Assembly (NCBI GenBank): GCA_038087875.1 | Contig: CM075987.1 | Span: 17,052,001-17,116,000 of the forward strand | Direction: 5' to 3' | From: Malacoraja senta | Lineage: Eukaryota | Length of the DNA: 64,000 bases | In this document: positions 38,834 to 51,399 of the stretch, one piece after another | Layout: each line of letters begins with the position of its first letter | How positions within the stretch are numbered: the stretch's first letter is position 1 | Notes under the pieces: generated by a model | Database searches by the model: none | The model's input: the letters and a program-made list of their open reading frames with translations, nothing else | What the model was told of the DNA's origin: nothing | Made by a program: the position numbers and the translations under genes

Positions 38834-39380
38834 GCAATTATAATTGCAAAATACACTCAATGGCCAAGGTTTCACAATTGCAGGTATGTTACAATAAATG
38901 GAAAGTTGAATCGTGTAAAGCAGAGCATGATTAGAATATCTAGGGTCTAAAACGAACAATATAACTAACATCTCCCAAATGTTTTAACAAAGCACGACAT
39001 TGAGAAAGAGCTCATCTGCTTGAGGAGAATCAGCATTGCTGTACATGGGAAACTAATCATGCCTCATAAATCTTCGTTTTAAGGAGGTAACCAAGAGGAT
39101 TAATTAGGGCAGGCTGGTTGACGTTATCTAGATGGACTTTAGGAAAGCATTTGACAAGGTTCATGGTAGGCTAGTCTGGCTGGTTAGATCGCATGGAATT
39201 CAGGAAGGGCTGGCTAATTGAAAATATAAGCTAGACACAAAGCTGGAATAACTCAGCGGGACAGGCAGCATCTCTGGAGAGAGGGAATGGGTGACATTTT
39301 GGGTTGACACCCTTCTTCAGATTGAAGAAGGAGGCTGGCTCTGTTTTTCCTGGAACAAAGAGCCCTGAGGTGTAATATTA

Positions 39381-40131
39381 TCTCTATACTTATAAAACTC
39401 TGATCTTTGATGTGTATTTATTTGTGTGTAATCACATCTTTGTGAAAAAACAACGCGGTAACGGTAAATTTTTTACATATTCCAGTAGATTTTTCCCGTG
39501 GAGTCCAAAACCGCCTTATCTGAAAATGTCATGCTTTATTTCTCGTTATTAATGAAAATGTTCAAAAATCTGACAAAACTTTGAGCTGTCTTCTGCTGAT
39601 GATGTCACAATGGATCTGCTCCCTGTGCCGTCTTCCACGCGCTGCGAGTGACGTCAGCCCCCCCCGAACCACTCCCCCCCCCCTCCCGGTTATTCAAGAG
39701 ATGCAGAAAGAACGAGCAAGTCGGGCCCTGTACTCGCCCCGGGTCGGTGCATGGTGGGGAGGTTGCTGTCGCAGGCCGAGCCCGGCGACTGGATGAGGGC
39801 AGAAGCAGAGCCTGGAGCTCTGGAGCAAGGGAGTATTACGTTCGGGAACAAGCCCTCCCCTGTGACGCCACGCGGCCCCCCCACCCGCCCTCCATGCTTC
39901 TGCCCCCGCCCTCCCTCTGCCCCCGCCCTCCCCTCCTCCTGCACTATCTCCCTCTCTAGCCTCGCCTGCGAGTTGGGGGCTATGCATGAGTGGATAGGGC
40001 GGGGGATGGTGTAAAAGGAGCGAATGAATAATATTAATATAATATCAAGGGAGGTGGTTAGTGTGTGTGACGCCGCAGGCCGTGCCCCCCCCCCAACGGG
40101 GACGGGACCCAACGGGTCCCACTTGGTCTAG
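39381..40131 (+). mobile_element. Complete non-autonomous Helitron (751 bp)
   Basis: A|TC start, GGGACCC-AAC-GGGTCCC hairpin (40104-40120), CTAG|T end, no TSD, splits a CR1 fragment. Confidence 0.9.
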
Positions 40132-40639
40132 TAGTTTATAAAATCATAAGGGGCATAGATACGGTAGATAGTAATAGTCTTTTTTCCAGGGCGGGGGAAT
40201 ATAAAACTAGATTCCCTGCCCTAGAAAATTACAAATCTAAACTTTTTTTGATTGACTAAAGTTTTTTATTTGAGAAGGCAGGACATTTAAAGAAGCAGGC
40301 ATCTGATTAGCAGACGAAGAGACAGAGTGGCCAATAAAAGGAAGACAATGTTTCTAAGAGTGGCCATGTTGGGAGAGAGGCTGCATGGAGTGGAAGTGCT
40401 CTGTTGAGGCTAAGCTCTGACTGAAGCTTTGGCGAGGAGTGCAGAGGAGAGGGTAACGGTTGGTTACGCTGTGGTCTTTTCCCACGTAACTCTTCTAAGG
40501 TTGAGGTTCGTTGAGGTGGCTGGGGGAATATTGGAATGCTCCACCTGCAGGATGTTGGCAGTCAGGGGTTCCTGTGCCCCTGACGACTGTGCAGAAAGCA
40601 TGTTCAGCTGCAGCTCCTTCAGGACCTCATTAAGACATA

Positions 40640-42430
40640 TTAATGTAGATTAATCATTTGGATGAGAGGATTGAAGGCTTTGTGGCCAAGTTTGTAGATG
40701 ATACGAAAATAGGTGGAGGGGCAGGTTGAGTAGGGAAAGCAGGGACTCTGCAGAAGGACTTGGACAGGTTGGGAGAGTGGGCAGAGAAGTGGCAGATGGA
40801 ATATAGTGTAGCAAAGTGTGGAGTCATGCATTTTGGTAGTAGGAATAAAGGCGTAAATTATTTTCTAGATGGGGAGAGAAATCGGAAGTGCAAAGGGACT
40901 TGGGAGTGCTGGTGCAGGATTCCCAAAACGTTAATCTGCAAATCAAATCGATAGTAAAGAAAGCAAACTCAATACCAGCATTTATTTCGAGAGGGCATGA
41001 ATCCAAAAACAGGGATGTAATGCTGAGGCTCGTAAAGGTGCTGGTCAGGCAGCATTTGAAATATTGTGAGCAATTTTGGGTACCATATCTGAGGAAGGAT
41101 GTGCTGGCTCTGGAGAGGGTCCAGGGGATGATCTCAGGAATGAGTGGTTAACCTATGATGACTTGGACAGGTTGGGGGAGTGGGCAGATGCGTGGCAGAT
41201 GAAGTTTAATGTGAGGTTATCCACTTTGGTATTAAAAACAGGAAGGCAGTTTACTATCTAAATGGCGTCAAGTTGGGAAAAGGGGAAGTACAATGGGATC
41301 TGGGGGTCCTTGTTCATCAGTCTGAAAGTAAGCATGCAGGTACAGCAGGCGGTGAAGAAAGCAAATGGTATGTTGGCCTTTATAACAAGAGAAATCGAGT
41401 ATAGGAACAAAGAGGTCCTTCTGCAGTTGTACAGGGCCCTAGTGAGACCACACCTGGAGTATTGTGTGCAGTTTTAGTCCCCTAATTTGAGGAAGGACAT
41501 TCTTGCTATTGAGGGAGTGCAGCGTAGGTTCATGAGAGAAACATCCTCTCCACTCTATCCAAGCCTTTCACTATTCTGTACGTTTCAATGAGGTCCCCCC
41601 TCATTCTTCTAAACTCCAGCGAGTACAGGCCCAGTGCCATCAAACACTCATAGACAATAGATAATAGACAATAGGTGCAGGAGTAGGCCATTCGGCCCTT
41701 CGAGCCAGCACCGCCATTCAATGTGATCATGGCTGATCATCCCCAATCAGTACCCCGTTCCTGCCTTCTCCCATATCCCCTGACTCCGCTATTTTTAAGA
41801 GCCCTTTCTAGCTCTCTCTTGAAAGTATCCAGAGAACCTGCCTCCACCGCCCTCTGAGGCAGAGAATTCCACAGACTCACCACTCTCTGTGCAATTTTGC
41901 TCCCCTAATTTGAGGAAGGATATTCTTGCTATTGAGGGAGTGCAGCGTAGGTTTACAAGGTTAATTCCCGGGATGGCGGGACTGTCATATGCTGAGAGAA
42001 TGGAGCGGCTGGGTTTGTATACTCTGGAGTTCAGAAGGATGGGAGGGTCTTATTGAAACATATACGATTATTAAGGGTTTGGACACGCTAGAGGCAGGAA
42101 ACGTTCCCGATGTTGGGGGAGTCCAGAACCAGGGGCCACAGTTTAAGAATAAGAGGTAAGCCATTTAGAACGGAGACGAAGAAACACTTTTTCTCACAGA
42201 GATTTGTGAGTCTGTGGAATTCTCTGCCTCAGAGGGCGGTGGAGGCCGGTTCTCTGGATGCTTTCAAGGGAGAGCTAGATAGGGCTCTTAAAGATAGTGG
42301 AGTCAGGGTATATGGGGAGAAGGCAGGAATGGGGTACTGATTGGGGATGATCAAGCCATGATCATATTGAATGGCGGTGCTGGATTGAAGGGCCGAATGG
42401 CCTACCCCTGCACCTATTGTCTATTGTCTA
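40640..42430. mobile_element. Mosaic of CR1 fragments in both orientations
   Basis: Several RT and 3' UTR segments; inverted 3' ends at ~41650-41890 and ~42190-42430. Confidence 0.85.
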
Positions 42431-42952
42431 AAATGGTTTATACGGCACATCTGTAGAAGAATAAAGTCCTAGCCTGCTCAACCTCTCCCTATAGCTCAGG
42501 TCCTCGAGTTCTGACAAGATCCTTGTATGTTTTTTCTGTTTCCTTTCCATCGTAGCAACATCTTTCATAAAACAGGGTGACCAAAGCCAAACACACTATT
42601 CCAAATGTGGCTCACCAATGTCTGGTAAGCTGGAGCATAACCTCCCAACTTCTATGCTCGGTACACTGATTAATAAAGGCCAATGTGCCAAAAGCCATCT
42701 TGACCATCCTATCTCCCTGTGACACCACTTTCAAGGAACTGTGCTCCTAGATTCCTCTGCTCTACAACACTCCCCGTGGCCCTGCCATTCACCCCTAGAT
42801 CCCTCTCAGGGCTCGATATTTGCGGTTGCTCGGTTGCCAATGGCAACCTACAGTCCCGCCGGGCAACCTAGTAGCCATGCTATTTTGCCCGGCTTGGCAA
42901 GCACCCGGGACACCTATCGTTTAATTCTGAGCGTACCCCCCACCCCCCCTCT

Positions 42953-44047
42953 ATAGAGAACTGGCTGGCAGACAGGAAGCAAAGAGTAGGAGTAAACGGG
43001 TCCTTTTCAGAATGGCAGGCAGTGACTAGTGGGGTACCGCAAGGCTCAGTGCTGGGACCCCAGCTATTTACAATATATATTCATGATTTGGACAAGGGAA
43101 TTGAATGCAACATCTCCAAGTTTGCGGATGACACGAAGCTGGGGGCCAGTGTTAGCTGTGAGGAGGATGCTAGGAGGCTGCAAGGTGACTTGGATAGGTT
43201 GGGTGAGTGGGCAAATGCATGGCAGATGCAGTATAATGTGGATAAATGTGAGGTTATCCACTTTGGTGGCAAAAACAGGAAAGTAGACTATTATCTGAAT
43301 GGTGGCCGATTAGGAAAAGGGGAGATGCAACGAGATCTGGGTGTCATGGTACACCAGTCATTGAAAGTAGGCATGCAGGTGCAGCAGGCAGTGAAGAAAG
43401 CGAATGGTATGGTAGCATTCATAGCAAAAGGATTTGAGTATAAGAGCAGAGAGGTTCTGGAGTTGTACAGGGTCTTGGTGAGGCCACACCTGGAGTATTG
43501 CGTACAGTTTTGGTCACCAAATCTGAGGAAAGACATTCTTGCCATAGAGGGAGTACAGAGAAGGTTCACCAGACTGATTCCTGGGATGGCAGGACTTTCA
43601 TATGAAGAAAGACTGGATAGACTCGGCTTGTACTCGCTGGAATTTAGAAGATTGAGGGGGGATCTTATAGAAACTTACAAAATTCTTAAGGGGTTGGACA
43701 GGCTAGATGCAGGAAGATTGTTCCCGATGTTGGGGAAGTCCAGAACAAGGGGTCACAGTTTAAGGATAAGGGGGAAGTCTTTTAGGACCGAGATGAGAAA
43801 TCATTTTTCACACAGAGAGTGGTGAATCTGTGGAAATCTCTGCCACAGAAGGTAGTTGAGGCCAGTTCATTGGCTATATTTAAGAGGGAGTTAGATGTGG
43901 CCCTTGTGGCTAAAGGGATCAGGGGGTATGGAGAGAAGGCAGGTACAGGATACTGAGTTGGATGATCAGCCATGATCATATTGAATGGCGGTGCAGGCTC
44001 GAAGGTTCGAATGGCCTACTCCTGCACCTATTTTCTATGTTTCTATG
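42953..44047 (+). mobile_element. Young CR1, RT to 3' tail
   Basis: ORF 43022-43825 with PQGSVLGP and KFADDT. Confidence 0.93.
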
Positions 44048-45280
44048 TCTCCGCCCGCCATCCGTATCCGTGTCCGGGTTTCGGGTCTCAGCCCGCTCCT
44101 CATCCACCGGCATGGTAGGCCGCCTTACACATGCGCACTGCCACGGCCTGCACATCCTCCCCCCTGCACATGCGCACTGCCACGGCCAGATCCTATAGCA
44201 AGGATCTTTTGCCAGCACATCATCGGCCGTGGTTGTGCACATGTGCCGCCCTGCACATGCGTACTGCCACTGCAACTGGTCGCCATCGCCCACTTTCTCC
44301 CTCCCTTTGCATTGTGGGAGTTCTGGCCGCCATTGCTGTCCGGTCGCCGCCTCGCCGTGACCGCTGAAAACCAACGCAGAATCACTCGCTGGAGCTGGAG
44401 TAACTCCCTGGAATAACTCTTGCTTCTTGGTTTCCTGGTCCTCCAAAAATATTCAAAATGGAATTTAAACAGGAGTGGACCCACCACCACCAAACTCCAA
44501 ACTCTGAACAATAACAGCCTATTGCATTTTATCTGTTTATTTACTGTGTATATATATATGGTCTATGGTATATAAACACACTGAACTTTTATCTCCTGTT
44601 CTGTATTATTTTACATATTCTGTTGTGCTGCAGCAAGCAAGAATTTCATTGTCCTATCTGGGACACATGACAATATAACTCTCTTGACTTGGACTTAAAC
44701 AAAAAAGGGTTCTTGGGGAAAAAAAGAGCTACCTGAAGTTTAGTTGCTTCTGGTTGGGTACCTATAGTAGGGTGAAGACTATTCCATGCTTTAATGGTGC
44801 GGGGGAACTCCATGGAGCAGCCAGCATCTCTGGATAGAAGAAATTGGGTGATGTTTCGGGTGGAGACCCTTCTTTACATTTCCTCTGGTTTTAGTGTTTT
44901 TAGTTTAATTTAAAGATACAGCGTAGAAACAGACCCTTCAGCCCACCGAGTCCACGCCGACCACCGATCACCCGTACACTAGTTCTATCCCACACATTAG
45001 CGACGTGAGTCAAGAGTCAAGAGTGTTTTATTCTCTCACATCCCAATGAAATCCTTACTTGTAGCAGCACAACAGAATATGTAAACATAGTACTCTGTAA
45101 ACAATGTTATAAACGTGAAAACAAAACGGTGTATATTTATATATGAATATATAACTATACACACACACACACAATTTCCCTCCTGGGATTAATAAAGTTC
45201 TATCGTATAGTATCGTGTGTGTAGGAAGGAACTGCAGTTGCTGGTTTAAACTGAAGATAGACACAAAAAGCTGGAGTAAA

Positions 45281-45385
45281 GCGGAAGTGGCCGGGGGGGA
45301 AGGAGGGAAGCATTTGGCGCGTGCGCTGCGAGGCAAGCGAGGCAGCAGCAGGAGGAGGCCGGAGTAAGATGGCGGAGTGAGGTTG
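45281..45385 (+). promoter_or_regulatory. Housekeeping-promoter-like motif cluster
   Basis: GCGGAAGTG (ETS, 45281), GCGCGTGCGC (NRF1-like, 45317), AAGATGGCGG (YY1, 45366). Confidence 0.45.
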
Positions 45386-46254
45386 GAGGTGGGGGCACTG
45401 CGGGGAGAGAGGGGGCCGGGGGGATGAGGGCCTGAGAGGAGAGAGAGGGGGTGCAGGGGTCACCAAGAGGTCCAGGTTGAGGGGGAAGGGGGGGGATGAG
45501 GGGCCTGAGGGGAGAGAATGGGGGGTGCGGGTGTCACTGGGGTACAGGGGTCACTGGGAATAGGGGTGCCGGGGTCACCAGGTCTGGTGCTGGCTTGAAG
45601 GGCCGAATGGCCTCCTCCTGCACCTATTTTCTATGTTTTCTTGTAACTCAACAGGTCAGACGGAATCTGGACAAAAGGAAAATATTACGTTTTGGGTTGG
45701 GTCTGAAAAAGGTTCCTGCACACCTTTGGAATGTGGAAGGAAACAAGAGCACCCGGAGAAAACCCATGCGATCAAAGGGAAAAGGAGCAAACTCCATACA
45801 GACAGCACCCATATTCAGGATCAATTCCGGGTCTCTGGCACTTTTAGGCAGCAACTTTATGGCCAATGTACAGCCCCATAGTCTTGAACTATATTAAAAC
45901 ATACAGTAGCTGTAAAGGAGGACATAGCGTCACATAGAGATTTAAGACTGAAAATGGATAGTTTCTTTTTTTTTAGTAACCAAAGTTATCAACGTATAAT
46001 GTTTTGTGTGTTGGAAAATAAAATATAGTGGCACAGCTGGTGGACTTGCTGTCTCACACGCCAGAGATCTGTGTTCGATCCTGTCCTCAGGCACTGTCTG
46101 TGTTGAATTTGCACATTCTCCCTGCAAGCATGTAGGGTTCCTCCCACATCCCAAAGATGCATTGGCTTTGTAAGTTAACTTGTCTCTGTAAAATTGTCCC
46201 TAATGTGTAGGGAGTGGGTGAGGAAAGTGGGACAACAGAACTTGTGTGAATGGG

Positions 46255-47420
46255 TGGACAAAAATGCTGGAGAAACTCAGCGGGTGAGGCAGCATCTATG
46301 GAGCGAAGGAAATAGGCGACATTTCGGGTCAAGACCCTTCTTCAGACTGATGTGAGGGTGCGGGGGGATGGGAAGAAGAAAGGAAGAGGCGGAGACTGGG
46401 CTGAGGGAGAGCTGGGAAGCGGAGGAGAAAGCAGGGACTACCTGGAATTGCAGAAGTCCATTTTCATACCGCTGGGGTGTAAACTGCCCAAGCAAAATAC
46501 GAGATGCTGCTCCTCAAATTTACGGTGGGCCTCACTCTGGCCATGGAGGAGGCCCAGGACAGAAAGGTCGGATTCGGAATGGGAGGGGGAGTTGAAGTGC
46601 TGAGCCACCGGGAGATCAGCTTGGTTATTGCGAACCGAGCGGAGGTGTTAGGCGAAGCGATCGCCAAGCCTACGCTTGGACTCACCGATGTAGAGCAGCT
46701 GACACCTAGGGCAGCGGATGCAATAGATGAGGTTGGAGGAGGTGCAGGTGAACCTCTGCCGCACCTGGAAAGACGGCTTGGGTCCTTGAATGGAGTCAAG
46801 GGGGGAGGTAAAGCGACAAGTGTAGCATTTCCTGCGGTTGCAAGGGAAAGTGCCAGGAGAGGGGGTGGTTTGGGTGGGAAGGGACGAATTGACCAGGGAG
46901 TTACGGAGGGAGCGGTCTCTGGAAAGCCGACAGGAGAGGGAGAGGAGATGGGAGGATGTGGCCAGTGGTGGGATCCGGTTGGTAGACAACGCTGGAGAAA
47001 ATCAGCGGATGAGGCAGCATCTATGGAGCGAAGGAATAGGCGATATTTAGGCTCGAGACCCTTCTTCAGACTGATGGTGGGGGGGGGTCGGGAAAAAGAA
47101 AGGAAGAGGCGGAGACAGTAGGCTGTGGGAGAGCTGGGAATGGGAGGGGAAGGAGGGAGAAAGCAAGGACTACCTGAAATTGGAGAAGCCAATGTTCATA
47201 CCGCTGGGGTGTAAACTGCCCAAGCGAAATATGAGGTGCTGTTCCTCCAATTTGCAGTGGGCCTCACTCTGGCCATGGAGGAGGCCCAGGACAGAAAGAT
47301 CAGATTCGGAATGGGAGGGGAAGTTGAAGTGCTGAGCCACCGGGAGATCAGGTTGGTTATTGCAAACTGAGTGGAGGTGTTGTGCGAAGCAATCGCCAAG
47401 CCTGCACTTGGTCTCACCGA
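46255..47420 (-). mobile_element. Penelope-like element, partial tandem (two 3' units)
   Basis: PCNRRKCYTC and IYCIRCPRCQLLYIGESKRRLGDRF (GIY-YIG); each unit ends in a hammerhead-like repeat. Confidence 0.9.
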
Positions 47421-47785
47421 CCTTGATCATACGCTGAATAATCCAACCAGATTTTTGTTTGGAAGTGGAAAGAAATAATAGAAATTGCAACGTGTAAAAA
47501 GTGATGAGATACTGTATTATAATGTTGCTGCATGTCATTGTGGTATATATCATGTCTTGATTGGTGAATATGTTTAGTTTGTGACTTTATTTGAAGCAGA
47601 AATAATATGTGAATGCGTCATCGACCATAATTCTGACTGGTAGCTACGCACTTCGTCCGAGCACATTATCGCACGTGTCATGCAAATCGTCTTAAATGAC
47701 CACCTAAACTGTCATTTGCCAACCTAAAAAGCTGCCTAGGTTGCCTGGCTGGCAACAGGTGGGAAAAAGTTAAGTGAGAGCCCTG

Positions 47786-48145
47786 CCGCTGCTCTACAAC
47801 ACTCCCCATGGCCCTGTGTTCACCCCTAGATCCCTCTGGTCTACAACACTTCCCATGGCCCTGTGTTCACCCCTAGATCCCTCTGCTCCACAACACTCCC
47901 CATGGCCCTGTGTTCACCCCTAGATCCCGCTGCTCTACAACACTCCCCATGGCCCTGTGTTCACCCCTAGATCCCTCTGCTCTACAACACTCCCCATGAC
48001 CCTGTGTTCACCCCTAGATCCCTCTGGTCTACAACACTCCCCATGGCCCTGTGTTCACCCCTAGATCCCTCTGCTCCACAACACTCCCCATGGCCCTGTG
48101 TTCACCCCTAGATCCCTCTGCTCTACAACACTCCCCATGGCCCTG
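47786..48145. repeat. 47-bp minisatellite, ~7.5 copies, derived from CR1 ORF2
   Basis: Unit CTGCTCTACAACACTCCCCATGGCCCTGTGTTCACCCCTAGATCCCT; reverse complement encodes RAMGSVVEQRDLGV. Confidence 0.95.
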
Positions 48146-48984
48146 CCTTCCCAAAATGCAACACTGCACTTCTCTGTGTTAAAGTTCACAAACCATTTCT
48201 CAGCTGAGAAATTTTTGATAACCATCTTCACTGTCAACGATGACATCCACATTTGCATCATCTGCAAACTTGCTAATCATGCCTTGTATATTCTCATCCA
48301 AATCGTTAATATAAAGCACAAATAGCAAAGGGCCCAGTACTGATCCCTGACGCACACCACTAGCCGCAGGCCTCTCTGAAAACTAACCTTCCACCATTAC
48401 CCTCTGCTTCCTTCCATGTAGACAATTCTCTGTCCAGTTAGCTAGCTCTTCCTGAATCCCATGCAATCTAACCTTCCAGAAAAGGAACCATTAATTGCCT
48501 TGCTGAAGTCCATATAGTTATTTGCCCTCATCAACCTGTCTAAGTTACCTCAAGAGGGATAAGGATGGCAAAGTAAGGCAACTTTGGGTGACCAAGGGGG
48601 CTGAAAATGTGGTCAAAAAGAAAAGGAAGTGTATGCAAGGTTTAAGAGGTTGGAATCAGACAGTGCCTTCAAGGAATGTAAAGAAAGGAAATAACTCAAC
48701 TGGGCGATTAGAAGGGCCAAAAGACCACAACTAAATGGCCTTTGTGAGTCGGGTGAAAGAAAATCCCAAAGCTTTTTACACCTATATATTAAAAACCAGA
48801 TAATCGAGGAGAAGGTAGGGCTGCTGAAGGATCAAGCAGGGAATTGGTGTTTGGAGTGCAGTACATCAAGGTGTCAGCTTGGACTTCATTCCTTGGAGCG
48901 CTGGAATATGAGGGGTGTCAGGTCATGAGGGATTAGATAGGGTGGATGCACTGTATTTTACCCAGAGTAGGGCAATCAAGAACT

Positions 48985-49294
48985 CTGTCCTGGGCCTCCT
49001 CCATGGCCAGAGTGAGTCCCACTGTAAATTGGAGGAGCAGCACCTCATATTTCACTTGGGTAGTCGACACCCCAGCTATGAACATTGACTTCTCCAATTT
49101 CAGGTAGTCCCTGTTTTCTCCCTCCTTCCCCTCTCCTTCCCAGCTCTCCCACAGCCCTCTCTCTGCCTTTTCCTTTCTTCTTCCCCCCACCTCCACATCA
49201 GTCTGAGGAAGGGTCTCGAACCGAAACGTCACCTATTCCTTCACTCCATAGATGCTGCCTCACCCGCTGAGTTTCTCCAGCATTTTTGTCTACC
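48985..49294 (+). mobile_element. Penelope-like 3' fragment
   Basis: KLEEQHLIF motif followed by CTGAGGA...GAAACGTC (49203-49230). Confidence 0.85.
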
Positions 49295-49502
49295 AAAGAA
49301 CTAGAGGATGTAGCTCTAACGTGAGGGGAAATATTTAACACGAACCTGAGGGGCAAAAGGACTATGTGATGGAAGGGTATGTCGCAGAGCTTGAGCAGAA
49401 TGCTGCAGGACCTCAGGCTCGCTGGCATTGGTTGTAAAACCATAAGTGTTGCGAGGCTTCAGCAAACTTGTCAACGATGACTTACGTGTCAAACACTGAT
49501 TG

Positions 49503-49520
49503 TGCCAGTAGGGGGCAGTC
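49503..49520 (+). promoter_or_regulatory. Candidate CTCF site
   Basis: TGCCAGTAGGGGGCAGTC fits the CCASYAGRKGGC consensus. Confidence 0.5.
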
Positions 49521-50247
49521 AAAGCAAACGGTGCTTCTAAACGTGGATAGGCGATCTTTGAGCCCTTCTGCACACTACAATTGGTGCTTGTCAGCTGTCC
49601 AATCTGTCTCTCGAGCACAGCAAACCCTTGTTATTCCTGACCTCTATGTAACAGATTTTAGTTATAGTGGACAGATCTACAGACCCTCACACCAGCAGGC
49701 CGACACCACCCTCGGCCTGCACCACTCCCACCCTGGCCAGGTAAGTCTCACCCCCCCACCATCTTCTGGCCCGCATAGCCACTTCCAGGGTGTGCCTGCC
49801 ACCATTACGGCCACTTCCAGGGCCTACGTTACGGCCACTTCCAGATGTCTGCGTTACGGCCACTTCCAGTGTGTGCCGGCCACTGGCAGGCCGCGACCAA
49901 TGGCTCCAACCCTCGTTGTTCCCCTGCCACCAGCTGGCTGGGGCCATCAACTCACCTGGATTGCAGGCCCAGTGCATGGGAAGGTTTAGAGGGATATGGG
50001 CCAAATGCAGGCAACTTGGCGTGGACAAGATGGCCAGAGAGCCTGTGTCCATCTGTACAGTTCTGTGACGTACTGCTGGCCTAGTTAATTGACCATGTAC
50101 TTACATTTTAACTTTCTGTGATGTGTGTGTGTGTAAGGATACCCAGATCCTGCTAAACAGAAATACTTTTCTTTATCTTATTAGTTCAAAACTGTCTGCC
50201 TTTACAATTTTTCTACTGATCCTGTTTGAATTTATTTTTAAATGTAG

Positions 50248-50468
50248 GGTTGATGTGGCTGCAGCAGTTCAAAGCAGAGGTGAACCTGCGCCATACATGC
50301 GAGCAGGGTGATCGGCTGCCCAGCTATGGATGGCTCATGCACGACGGCATCAACTTTGGAGTGCAGGAAGTTACGGAGAACGATTTCACTTTAACAACGG
50401 AGTTTGTGAAACGTCATGGTGGGCGGCATGGCGGAGACTGGACGTGGAGAATCACTGCCAAGCCACAG
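50248..50468 (+). CDS. MOGS: MOGS second coding exon
   Basis: GLMWLQQ...LRHTCEQGD...YGWLMHDG...TTEFVKRHGGRHGGDWTWRI; TAG acceptor, GTATGT donor; phase matches the previous exon. Confidence 0.96.
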
Positions 50469-50742
50469 GTATGTTGCTGTCGCCATCAATCAGCACTGAA
50501 GCTTCGTATCGAGAAGCTCCACGCCCGCGTCTTTTTTAAACATGTTTTTCCAAGCGATATAAAAGCACTTCATCTCTTCAGAAGTCAATGATGATTGTTT
50601 AGTACCACAATCCACATCTCTGCAGCAGTTGCCCTCTTCTCACTATTTCTCCAAATGCATCCCTTGGGCCATCAGCTGCAGGTATCCTGATTGATAATCC
50701 GACTGCAAACTAATCCTGCTAATCCCTTTTAGGTTGAATTAA

Positions 50743-50979
50743 GGGCCTGTCCCACTTGGCAAATTTTTCTTTCAGCGACTGCCGGCATCGTTGACTGACA
50801 TATCAGGTCACCGAAACGTCGCGACGGTGATGCGCCGTGACACAATGTGATAGCGTATGACGCGCGGTGTTTTTTCGAGTGTCGCAACGTTTTTTTTGTT
50901 GCCGGTGGATTTTGAAATGTTCAAAATCTTTTTGTGACACTGATATGTCGCCGAAGAAATCGCCAAGTGGGACAGGCCC
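50743..50979. mobile_element. MITE
   Basis: TIR GGGCCTGTCCCACTTGGC / GCCAAGTGGGACAGGCCC with TTAA on both sides; superfamily uncertain. Confidence 0.85.
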
Positions 50980-51399
50980 TTAAGTGAGCAGGCATGGCGC
51001 AGTTCAAGAAGTGCATTCGCATTTGGAACAGCTTTGTAAATGAATACGTTTTTCACACAATAGCTTATTCTGTCTCTTTCCCACCCCACCTTGTTAAAGC
51101 CCATATTGTATCCTAAAATGATAGCAGAGCTGAAGGTAAAGGTCACCCAGAAACGATTGAATCCAAGTGAAATACCAATGGTTCCGGCATTCATTACAGG
51201 TCAGCCATCTCCAGGGACAGCTTTGCCCATTACGGCCCACTTTGGTGCTGCTTTGTATTTTTTAAGATTGCTTAGACGATGTAGAAACATAGAAAATAGG
51301 TGCAGAAGTAGGCCATTCGACCCTTCAAGCCAGTACCCGCCATTCAATATGATCATGACTGATCCAGAATCAGTACCTTGTTCCTGCTTTCTCCCCATA

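Larger units (their letters stand above)
42807..47785. mobile_element. DNA transposon shell (hAT-like, possibly the 5-bp-TSD group) filled with nested insertions
   Basis: CAGGGCTC...GAGCCCTG ends with GGTTGCC/GGCAACC subterminal motifs at both ends; flanks CCTCT/CCGCT; same CR1-derived repeat unit on both sides. Confidence 0.65.

Noticed and set aside
47786..48145. CRISPR-like array
   Set aside because: Plain tandem repeat of CR1 sequence
49778..49869. Repeat-spacer mini-array
   Set aside because: Repeats and spacers are far too short for CRISPR
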